Assembly (NCBI GenBank): GCA_964304625.1
Contig: OZ199839.1
Span: 10,589,186-10,653,185, forward strand
Source: Kudoa neothunni
Taxonomy: Eukaryota; Animalia; Cnidaria
Direction: 5' to 3'
Length of the DNA stretch: 64,000 nt
Part shown: positions 12,357 through 24,002 of the stretch, one piece after another
Layout: each line of letters opens with the position of its first letter
How positions within the stretch are numbered: the stretch's first letter is position 1
Notes under the pieces: model-generated
What the model was told of the DNA's origin: nothing
Database searches by the model: none
Seen by the model: only the letters and a program-made list of their open reading frames with translations
Position numbers and translations under genes: made by a program

Positions 12357-14131
12357 CTCTTCCTGTACCGGGTTCAAAAAAATTCGGTGTGTGCATATGG
12401 CAGGGCGTACAAACCTTGAGATTTTTCTACTAACCTTGAGTTCTTGGGTGTGTTTTTTACTTTGAGTCAAATTTTGGGTTTTTTGTTTATTTAAAATATT
12501 TGTAAATTATTGAATTCGTTGAGATTAGTTTATAAATAATAAATTTTCGAATTAGATAAAATAATCATATTTATTGTCTTAGTAATGGAGAGAATTAAAA
12601 TTATTCCGAATTTTAAAAAGATTTCACGATCGACATCAACACGTTTTCTCCAATTCTTGAATAATTAATATTTGATCAATTGTAATTATTATTCTATGAT
12701 TGTATTTGGGTATTTGAACGTTGTCTTTAAATTTTTCTAGTTTTTTAAAAACATATTTTGAAGTAATAGACTTGTATTATTTAAAATATGCATGAAATTT
12801 CAAATGAAGATAAAAAAAGAGCGTGGGATAATATGTGCTCCAATCAAGATTGGTTAAAAGTAGATTTTAACGATTGGCTTGATCAAGATGCTAAGGACAG
12901 CGATTCCAGATATTGCGAATCTTGAACGAATTTTTTCATTAATGGACGCAGTAAAAACTAAACAAACTAACTCATTAAAGGTTGAAACTGTAAAATTTAA
13001 ACTTCTGGAAAAGCAGTTGGCCAGAAGAACTAATAATACGTCTTCGACGTCGCATCCAACAAATAAACTAATACATAATGTGAGCAGCGGTGCTGTAAGC
13101 CAACGATACCTTGAATGCCTGAAAAATAGATCAAACTTCTGTACTGAGGGCGGTAAAGATAATTAAGGCGATTCAATTGACGACAATAATGAGAAAATGC
13201 GTTCAAAATAAAAATTATTGTTATTTTAATATTATTGTGTTTTCTCCGATAACCTCATTGGAAGCCCTGCCCATTGGGTATCTGAGGAACCCCAAGAGAG
13301 ATCAACTTAAACTATTTTTTTCAATTTTACGTAAATCAAAACAACTTTAAAGATATTTCTAAGATATTTTAACCCATCAACACTTCATATATTATTGTGT
13401 ATAATCGGCCATAAAACCCAATCAATCGATTGGTATTTTACAATTTAAACATCAGCCTACGACAAAATAAATTATTTATAAAACTTTTTGTCGATATTAT
13501 ATAGTTCCAAGTACCATGACATCTAATTTCAAATAAAAATTCTAAATTTATGGAGAGGAGTACACACAAAGTTATCAACATATTATCAAAATATTGGGGT
13601 GATAACGGCACACAAGATCATCTTCAGGTTATAACAACGCCATAATCTCAAAAATCAGGCTTCTACTCTATATTATTCATTAAATTTCCCTCAAAATCCA
13701 TTACATGATTAAATTAAGTATAAACATAATTACGCTTAAACTCTCAACTCCACAACGAAACTAAATTCACCAGACCACCATTGTTATGTATTAATCTTCG
13801 TTAATCCTGATCTCATAATTTAAATATGAAAATATCTAACTTAAAGTAAAATTATTGAGATATATTTAGTTTAAATATTCAAAAAAATATAAATGAATAT
13901 TTTTCAGTTGCTAAAATGATTATTATGAACGAAATCATCTGACCAATTAAAAAGTTGAAGCCGTCCTTCTTGTTAAAAGTAAAATATAAATTAAAATTTT
14001 TACCTACTGATGTGACAAATCAATAAGGAAGCATTCATGAAATTTCAATAGAATAAATTGCGTCTGTTAGGAATCAGGAAGAAATTATTTTACTAGGGAT
14101 ACCTAATATACCTCGCCTGGTACCGGAGAGG
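12357..14131. mobile_element. Degenerate piggyBac-type element hosting a hAT insertion
   Basis: CTAA + CTCTTCCTGTACCGGG on the left and CCTGGTACCGGAGAGG + TTAA (14132-14135) on the right; TIR match 11/16. Confidence 0.5.
12401..13269 (+). mobile_element. Non-autonomous hAT element, copy 1
   Basis: TIRs CAGGGCGTACAA / TTGGAAGCCCTG. ORF 12879-13166 contains PDIANLERIFSLMDAVKTKQTNSLKVETV, resembling the hAT C-terminal dimerisation domain. Colinear with copy 2 at 35280-37308. Confidence 0.85.
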
Positions 14132-14760
14132 TTAAATATTATATTTGAAGCAGATAAATAATACATTATGATAAAGTAAATATTTTCAAGAAAAAGATGA
14201 CGCAAATAAATAATTCATGTGATTAGGTGTTTATTAAAGGAGGTGATTCAAAGATACATATACAACTAGGATGTTGTTGCAGAAAGAGAAGAAAGGCAGT
14301 ATTTTTCAAGTTTGAACAAATGAAATTATTGTAGTCATATTATTGAATTTTACTTTATATCAACTACAATACCAATACTAGGAAACCTAAAGAATAACTA
14401 TATTTTTTATGGCTATATTTATATTTTATTATCTTTTCTTATTTATCATATTTGGTTATATTTTTATTTATTTTGGTAGTATTTATTAATTTTTATATTT
14501 TCAAATTATTTAATTAATAGAAAAATTCAAAGAATATATTATATTAATGGGTTAAAATGTAGAATAATGGCCGTAATCCAAATCAACGACTACGATAAAT
14601 ATCGAAGCTGTTGATTATTTAAATTTTTGGTATTTATCATTGTTTCACTACTAGTAGGTTACCTTCGGCACTGTATTAGTTATCTATAATAGTTTCTGCA
14701 ATATATCATATAAACAACTGCTAGCCCCTCGCAGTTATTTCCACAGACCATACCATTTAA

Positions 14761-17224
14761 CACTCGTACGTACGCCCCAAAAAATCACGCTACTGTACAA
14801 ACTGGGTCCAATGGACCCAGTCGGTAAAATTGGACTTAACGCTGTCCAACTGATTATAAATATGCCATAATAATAAAAGAAAATTTCTTATTGGTTTATT
14901 TTTAATATCATGTTAATAATTTATCGCAAAACTGATAAAAACAAGACATAACACGACGCCATTACTGTCGTGGATGACAGCACAAATATACTAGTGTGAA
15001 TTTTTAGTTTTATAATAACCATAAAGAATCAATGACAATTCTTACATAAAACTGAGTAATGTCGTTTACAAACGTTTTTTCCACATTTAGAACAGATCGT
15101 CTTAGTTTTTATGTCTGCTATATAGGAGCACAACCGGCATCTTTTTTCACTCTTCTATAGATTTTTGATGGTTTGATAAGCGAAGGGTCACTATTATCGT
15201 TACCGTATGCTTCAACAATTTCATCAACTAAATTTTGTAAATATTGCCGCCCTGTACGGTTTTTGTATTTTAACTTAAATTCAATATATTTTTCCAAATA
15301 TACAACCATTGAGTTATAACCAGCTATGTCAATCATATTATAGAATATTGTAAGTGGCCATATCAGAGTTCTCCTTACAGTGTACAATCAAATAAGCTGA
15401 TCAAGAACATCGACGCCAGCCTTAGTTTGGTTATAGTAATGTGGTATTTCGGGCTTCCCATCTTCCTCAATGTTATTGTCATTATGTAGAGAACTGAGAA
15501 GCAAAACAGACTTATTTGGCTTTTCACAAAACTTAACAAGAGTGATTTTATCATGAAAAAGAAACTGAGATTCAACTTCTTTTTTATTCTGTTGAAAGCA
15601 CGTAGGTAAAAATCTACGTGACTTCTCACAGTTCCAACTAGGGCAGTCTTACGGCCTCCTAAATATTTTGCCAGGTTTAAACTTGTGAAAAAATTGTCAG
15701 GTGTTATAGTTCTACCTTTATCTAGATAAAGGTTTGCGAGTTCTCTGACAACTCGTTCCCCTGATTTACCTCCGGACCATTTGATGATCTTCCTGTATAA
15801 ATTTGAGCATTACACAATTAAGCATTTTTAGCATCCGCCTAGACCCAAATTTTGATGCCATATTTTCCGGGTTTACTCCGTATATAAGTTTTAAAATTCA
15901 CACGACCAATTGTTGTGCAAAGCTGTTCATCCACTGTTAATTGCTCTGATGGTACGTAGTTATTTCGGTAATTATCTATAAATCGCATACAAAACTAATT
16001 GGTGAGTCTTTTCTCTGAGGGTCACGCTCTACACGGTTATCGAAACGAATATTTTCAGAGATAATTCTATATCTCCGATATGATATTACTATAAAATATA
16101 TAAATGTTATTTCCACATGTATTTAAATTTTATTAAAGATTTATTACTTTTCGATAAAAACGGTAAACCTTTTTCTTTATTCCATAAATCTTGTAATGAA
16201 GAGTTTTTGTTTTTCATTATTCCAAGATATAAATTAGCACCTATCCATCTCCAAACATCAGAATCGTTAAGTTTTATTTTATTGTTTCTCTTTTCCATAA
16301 ATGTATTTGTAGAAATTATTATTTTTGAAATAATATCATCTCCAATGAAACTTTTGAATGAAGTCAATGGTGAAAATATTTTTTCCCTAACTTCGTTTGG
16401 TATTCTCGATTTATAACTCGGTAAAATATTGTGGTTTCGTGTTCTAACCGCCTTAGTTGGTATTTTCGTCTCCTATTTAATTAACTTGTCTCTTGAGAAC
16501 ACAGATTCCTCTTGAGATTGTTCAATATCAAAAATATTCTCCGAATCGCTTGAAACTGGTTCTTCTACAACGTTGTCCATTTCTTCATCAGAAGACAGAT
16601 TCTCATCCACGTTAGAATATTCTGAGTTTTCCATAATCATTCTTATTGTATCATCAAGGGTTAACATTCTACACAGTTTAGAAGTTACACGAGGGCGACA
16701 AAGGATTAATTTGTTACTATCCTTAATAATAACTATGCCTAGATATTTCAACGTAGAAAACTATAATTTTATTTATAATAAATTAATATTATAATTAGAA
16801 ATTTTAGAAATTATTGTAAAGTATGCAACAACTTATAATTTTTAAACATGGCTCGAAACAAACAAAGGTGCAATTACTTAGAGATATTTTATTTTGTTAC
16901 CGTCAAATCTGGATTTTCAGATTTTTCCATTAAATATATTTTGTTTTTTTATTGTTCGTATTGGTTTTATTTGTATAAAGGCGTTAATTGTCAAGTTATT
17001 CAACTGGGTCCATTGGACCCAGTTTTTACATGAGGGTGAAACTTTTTTTCGATTAAATAAAAAACCACTTAGACATTATTAGATCATGTAAATATGAATA
17101 AAAATACAACATAAATATTTAGGAAGCTACATTAAATTTTGACTTTCTGACTCTATTGAGAGAGCCATAATATAAACAACAACCATGTTCTGGGTCCATT
17201 GGACCCAGAGTGTAAGTACAAGTG
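14761..17224 (-). mobile_element. Full-length piggyBac transposon with decayed transposase
   Basis: TTAA at 14757-14760 and 17225-17228. TIRs CACTCGTACGTAC / GTAAGTACAAGTG (11/13). The palindrome CTGGGTCCA(A/T)TGGACCCAG occurs at 14802, 17004 and 17190. Confidence 0.95.
15030..16667 (-). pseudogene. piggyBac (PGBD-like) transposase pseudogene
   Basis: Acidic N-terminus, then LTVDEQL, KPGKYGIKIW, ITPDNFFTS, YNQTKAGVD, RRTLIWPLTIFYNMIDIAGYN and a Cys-rich tail, broken by stops and frameshifts. Confidence 0.92.
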
Positions 17225-19939
17225 TTAATCGATCAAGTAAAGCATGCTTTATTTATCTTAAAATGTGACTGTGACAACTGCAATTTATTATCGATTGTCA
17301 TATATCATCCTTAGCGATTGCCTATTTATAATCCCATATCTGTAAGAATAGGTTTTCCATATTTTATACCAGCATTAGCTGACTAATTGTAGCGATTGTA
17401 TAAATTTAATTAAAATATAATTTGTTGGATGAAATCCACACATTCTTATCATTAAATGTTCAAAAAATAGCACATTAATTTAATGTAAACTATGTAGGAT
17501 TAATATAAGAACTTACTGTAATCTTTAATTAGGAAATGCGACCACTATTCTACATTTTAACCGGAATATATAATACTGAACAATGTTTGGTATTTTAAAT
17601 GGTATTTCGCAAATATATTAAATAATTACATGTATACGAATGAATAATTTTATTAAAATTTTATATTGTACATTCGTAAATTGTAAAATGGTCGATCCAT
17701 TAGAGCCTTATTATCACCTATACCCGAATAGAGTAGAGATAGGAAATTATTTCTTTACAACTAGCTCTAATACCTCTGACAACTTCAAAAGCTTCTTTTA
17801 AATATAAAAAAATTCTCATCACATGTTACAGAAAACATAGAGTTTATAAAGCAATTCAAAATAAAAAAAAGTATTTTACCATGCAAAAATATGTTTAATC
17901 GCCTAATATAAAATCTAAAGTTGTATTCATGAGTTCCGCTTTAATAAGAATAGTAATGATAATTTCAGTGTTATAGGGAAATATTGAGGATAGTTTGTTA
18001 TTTATTATTGTTTGTAAATTAATTAAGTTAGGTATCAAAAAACATATATACGTAAATATTTCATTATATAAGTTAAGGATGATTAATTAAAAATTTATTA
18101 GCAGAAAATCCTTCCAAAATAATATATAAAACCAATTCAGATTATTGTAAAAATAGTAAATTTCCGAGTTTATATTCTCAAGGAAACAAATATCAAATTT
18201 AACATAAATTATTAATGAATAATATTGATAAATACCACGTTAATAATATAATAATTAGATGTGGTGTATGACAGGGTTTTCCAATCCTGAAATCAAATCA
18301 CCATAGTTTCTGATGTCTTCTATTTTTTTCCTCAGTGTTATAGTGATAGGGAGTATATCTGAAGTAAACTGACTTTTCTTTGGTTGTTTTACTTGCTGAT
18401 TCCATGATATATCTATGGGTTTAGAGTTTTTCATCCGATCAATTAGAACTTTTATTTGCAGGATAATCTAAGCATATAGACCGACTATTTCAAACAGTGT
18501 AAATTTACTTTACGTATTAATTTTCTTCTCATTAGTAAATAACTTATGGTTATGGTGAAGCGTTTCAATATTGTTGTCATAAGTTATGGGACTTTAACCC
18601 TGCTCATTACCATAGATACAATTTAGATATCTTATCATGAAATAATTTATCTTATCTTATTTAATGTGATAAAGTAATGGGAAAGTGTCTCAATTGATAT
18701 GAATAAAAAATAATAATTAAGCAATAGTAATCAAATGTAAATAGTAGACATTGACTTATACACCTCTAAATTGAGCCTCTATCGTCAATAAAAATTAGGT
18801 CATATATTATTGAATAATGACTGTTTTGGCATAAAAGTTTGATTGTACTAATGTAGAACATACTCCATGGAGTCCTCGTTATTAATTTTCAGATAAACTA
18901 TATAATGATATTCATTTTGACACACAAACAGCTCAAATTTTAGATAAGATTGTTGCTAATTATTATTTCAAAGCACACATTACTCCTTCAAATAATCGGA
19001 TTGAAGTGTATAAGTTTATTTACATCGTTGCCATGGCTATAGCAAGAGAAGTACTTTCAATATTTCATAAACTTTACATGGAGTATATGTGGAATTTTTG
19101 GTACTCCAATTAATCTATAGGTTTTGAAACTAAAAAGAGAGTCAAAATTTGTCACAATAATCAGTATTGATTGAGATAATGACATTTTTCCAAATATTAT
19201 AATACAATTATCAAATAAAAATTATTTTTGTTTTCTATGGGTAAGATTTGAAATATGATTTAATTATACAAAATTTAAACTTTAAAATCTTAAATACTAT
19301 TTACATTATTTAGGTTGAATTCAATTCCAAATTGTTTAAATTAAGTTTATATGATAGACCTATAATGCAACTTACAGATTAGTTATTAGTTGATTAAGTG
19401 ATAAAAGGAAAAGATGAATTTAATTATCAAATTATATAACAATATTGAAATAATAATTGTTCAGGTATATCATGATACATAAAGTTTATATAATACCGAT
19501 AATTATATTTATATTTTAATATTAAGACATAATAATATTGACATGATTTATTTACCATGAATAGGAATCCGTTTGGTTTATCCAATTTATTCTTTTCATG
19601 CCTATTGTTCAGTCTACTGAATAAAAATTTAACAAAAATAACAACCCAAGAAAAATTTACTCATAAAAATTCAATTATTTTTAAATTAGAAGAATATAAA
19701 TTAATAAAAAATGTTTTTAAATGTCAAGAAAAATTTAGACATGAAACGGTTAAATACATTTTTATTTCAGATTTTTTACCAGTATAAATTTATGTTTCTT
19801 CAGCAACTATATTTTTAGAATTAACTCAACTTGCTTACGCTTGAAAGTTTCATCATTAATAATGTTTATCAAGGAAAAGTCTAACTGAGTATTATTTAGC
19901 TTTTCGTTGGCAACAACGCATATCGTAATTTTTTAATTT

Positions 19940-20090
19940 TGTTCGCGAATTAAGCAAACTTTGAATATAATAATGCGCTTTTAATTTGTTCATTCCTTCA
20001 GTTTACCCATTCGTTGTGTCTAAAATAATCGAATATGTCTCCAAGTTCCACCCACCGGGTTATCATGAAATTTGTCGATGATGTGCTACT
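19940..20090 (-). mobile_element. Possible Ty3/Gypsy integrase zinc-binding remnant
   Basis: The minus strand reads HIIDKFHDNPVGG, resembling the H-D-x-P-x-GGH integrase motif. Heavily degraded; no LTRs seen. Confidence 0.3.
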
Positions 20091-21266
20091 AATTCACCGT
20101 TATTTTTAGTCAGCAAAATAAAACTTTAGTTTCAAATTCATGTTATTTTAATAAACCAATTTCTATTTTGAAAACTTAAACGATGCTGAAGGATTAATTT
20201 TCTCCGTAATTAGGGGATTAGTTGTGATAACGTCTCTTACTTTTTAAAGCGTGAATTTATGCATTTATTTATTCATTCTAAAATGTATTATTACATAATT
20301 CTCAACTTGATATGGATTATGAAGGTCATATGTGAATATAAACATGGAAACTAGAAACTAGGTCGCTGCCGAATGGCAACGATGTGTTGCGACAGTTATC
20401 GAACGAGATAATGGATAACCTAAAAATTTTATCTAACATCAAAAATTCAATAATACTTACTTATTACTTGTAAACACTAATTTAGTATTTAAAATTTGAT
20501 AGTTTATAAACTAATGAGGTTATGTTAGAGAGGATTATTCATTTCATATGGAGTTTCCAGTAAATCCCTACTTACAAGGTATTAATGAATTTAATTCTTT
20601 TTACTTAAAATTTCTCCCTCCTACTATATTTTCAATATATAATGAATTGCTTTATAGGTTTTTAATCGATTTCGTTTAATAAAAATTGACAAATACATTT
20701 TAATTTAAAATCAATGTTTTCAATTAATAATCTATAAAAACTTAATTAAATATTAAATTCACAATTATCTAATATTATATGATCTAATTTAAATTAATGT
20801 AAATAATTCTATCACTCTTAACAGATTAGGTTAAAACTGAACGATAGTGATAGAACTAATATGTTAACAAAATATAAAACATTATCTTACACACATTAAC
20901 TAATTTTACTATAACAATTAAAGTATAAGGTAAAAACATTTGTTGGAATAATTATTTTTACTTCATAAGGACAGTTAAACTATACAAAAAATTGGACGTC
21001 AAAAATAAAACCATCCAATAACAAAGGTATTAAATGAAGTTTATATTTGCAAGGAAGCGCTGTGTTAAATAACCGAGTTTTTAATGACTTTAATTTTTTG
21101 ATGGTATAAGACCAACGGAAAAATTTTAGATAGCGAGACAATTAATCCAAAATATTTGCTACATTAGCAGATAGTATAGTTCATGGTTTCGAAAGACGCA
21201 CGAGAGAATAAAATAGAACTATATCTATATGGATAATGACAATAATAAAGCTAATCAGTTAAATAA

Positions 21267-23857
21267 TTAGGTAGACTTCTCGCCTCCATAAAGCGACACT
21301 GCAGACAAAAGCTTTAATGGAATTTTTGATAGATTTTTAATGGTGTTAATTTTAATGTAGTCTCCATGGTAGTGGTAGTAACAACCAAAATGTTCACTGT
21401 ATTCGTGCACGATCCTTTTCCAAACGCTAGCATTTTCCTGTGAGAATATATCAGATTGAAGTTTGAATTTGGTTTCAAATTCATCTATAGGTTGAGTTTT
21501 TGCCCGGTTAACAGCTTTAAGGAATAGTTCCTCAATTGCCACAACAAAGAGTTTATGGTTGATTTTGCTGTTCAACAGGAATTCAGAATATTCAGGGAAA
21601 TCGGTGTTATTGGTCGCCTTGGGGTAGAAACCTTTATATTGAGATAACACATCAAGATCGAGTGCTTCAGCGAGATTTTTGTTTCTAAGAATTAGACGGC
21701 ATTTTTCATTGCATTCCAGTCGATGTTGAGTTAGCGTTGCATCTGGGAGTTGGGTGTTATCAGTTAGCGTATGACACAACCTTTTCTCGATCAATTCACC
21801 GCAGTCGCAGTTAATAAGAACTTCTTGTAAACATTTGGTAGGTGGGCATTCGTTGAGTTGGTGGCAGGGCATGTTGCATGGATGTCCACAAATTCGAACA
21901 GCCTTACACAGCTGAACACATCTCAATTCGTTAGTATCACTAATGACACGGTAATGTTTGCTGGGATTGGTAAGGAAATAGAGATTGGACTCAGAAGCGG
22001 GTAGTCTACAACAATCTCCACTGTGACACGAACGAGGGCAATAATGAGGATAATCGGCTGTTGAGCAAGGCAACAATTTCCCACATACCAAACTACAAGT
22101 AATACTATCCTCATAGCAGGGTACGTTTTTCTGTTTCACTTTTCCACAATTACAATATTTTTCTATTGGATAACAACAACGAGAACACTCAACGTTCTTC
22201 AAGTGACACATATGGGTCTGTGGGTGACCACAAGTTTGTTGTTTTGGACAGAGTTGGTCACATTTTGGAATTTTGGAACCACACAAAATTGGTGGTGGTA
22301 CAGAGACCTTCCCACATACACATTCCACCCTTTGATTCTCATAGTGGTCGCATTTTCCACAGAGCCCTTTAGGATGGCAAGATTTAGCGCAAGTGTGTCG
22401 ACCACATTCTAGCAGAGCTCCGCATGTGAGTGAACAAAGATGATGTGAAGGTGGAACATCACAGCAAACATTTTCACATTTGTGGCGATGACATTTTTTT
22501 ATTATTTTACAACGTTTATTGCACTTGAACCCCCCTTCACCATTATTTTTATTAAGATCATCGCATGTGGTTTTAAATAACTTGGAGCCACAACGACAAT
22601 AAACTTCTATTGGATGGGTACATGGAGGGCATGGTCCATTGTGACACCGACTCGTACACCTATGCACTTCTGCATTGGAACCACATTGGAGTGTCTTATC
22701 ACAAATGTTATCGCATGTCGGAACAATGTCATAACAGGAATTTCTTGGTGTAGTTAGAAGGGTGTTTAAACTCGTTTTCCCACATCCACAACTGACCACA
22801 GTGTTCACATCTGTGACACATGGGACACAGCTGCCTTTATGACAAATTTGCTCGCAGTAATGATTGCGACATGGCAACAATTTATTGCATTTCTCGCCGC
22901 AACCAAATGATTCAATTGGTTGCCCACAGAATATATTTCGCAGAGTTTGGTGAGAAAAACAACCAGCTGTCCCGACAACAATATTGCATGATTCACAAGG
23001 ACCGGAATGGCATATCAGATCACAACGGTGATTGTTACAATTTTTTAATTGTTGGCACACATTCTGGCATGAAAAATTGAAAGGAAAACTGCTTTGGGGG
23101 TCCAACATAGAACATCGAACTGTGTGCTTAGCTTCACCACAAAAACATGCCCGTGTGACGGTAGCGTTACACTCACCACAAGCGCCTGGATGACAACGAT
23201 CGACACATCGATGTGTACATAACTTTTGTTGTGGACGTGATCTTCCACACGAATTTCCACAGGAATAATAATATTCTCCAAGTGCAGAAGATTGGTGTTT
23301 TACTACTGTGCTTGGGGGGTTAACCAATTTTCCACAATAACACCGAAATTGTGGTTTTTTCAACACCTCGTTTCGACATATTGGGCATCCCCAAACGAGA
23401 CTGTCTTTTTCAATACGAGTTCCCAACCAACTTGTAACACAATCCAAATGTATGGAGACCGTGCATTGTTCACAAAACCATATTTTATGGTCGTCAAAAA
23501 TCTCCTCGGTACAAATACAACATTCTCCAACGTGAAAATGTTTATACTGAAAATTAGAAACTGTTGTTGTATTTGTATTTTTGTCGATAGAAAGTGCTTT
23601 TATTTTTCCTTTCAATACACTCAACTGATGAGTGTCGGTGCTTTCAATTGGAGTTTTTCTATTTTTGTTCTCTTTATTTCTTCTAGACGATAGCTTTTTA
23701 TTGTTCGCTAATCAAAAATGTATTACAAAAAATATTAATGATCAAAACTAGCGTCACTTTTTCTAGCCCTGCCATCTGTAACGGTTATTACAAGATTTGA
23801 CTTTTCAGGGGGTCTACTGCAATGAAAATGATCGCGCATGTGCAACGGGTCGCGCAT
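21267..23857 (-). CDS. NFX1: NF-X1-type zinc finger protein (RING/PHD + NF-X1 repeats + R3H-like), NFX1/FAP1 family
   Basis: CCICTEEI...IWFCEQC...HLDCVTSW...WGCPICR, many CHxGxC / CGxHxC NF-X1 repeats and a C-terminal KRIVHEYSEHFG. A 41-nt phase-1 intron (23748-23708) extends the frame to an ATG at 23857 or 23839; the exact start is uncertain. Confidence 0.92.
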
Positions 23858-24002
23858 GGAATGATTATTATTGGGAGTAGCTATTGGCACTGCAAATAGT
23901 ATTCAGGTATAATTAATTTTGACCTTATTTAATTATTTCTTGCACCCATGAGCAAATTATCGACGAGAAAATAATTAAATATACCTTAAACTAAAAAATT
24001 AG

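Larger units (their letters stand above)
14550..17562. mobile_element. Small TIR element (GG-ended, possibly Merlin-type MITE) split by a piggyBac insertion
   Basis: GGTTAAAATGTAGAATAATGGCCG at 14550 versus CGACCACTATTCTACATTTTAACC ending at 17562; the first 17 nt are a perfect inverted match. No clear TSD. Confidence 0.65.

Noticed and set aside
14802-17208. Repeated palindromes as a CRISPR-like array
   Set aside because: Only three copies, irregularly spaced and located at piggyBac ends; eukaryotic context and no cas genes.
21923-23693. Short ORFs overlapping NFX1, and similar ORFs antisense to the transposases and the receptor
   Set aside because: Shadow frames of real coding sequence, with no independent motifs.
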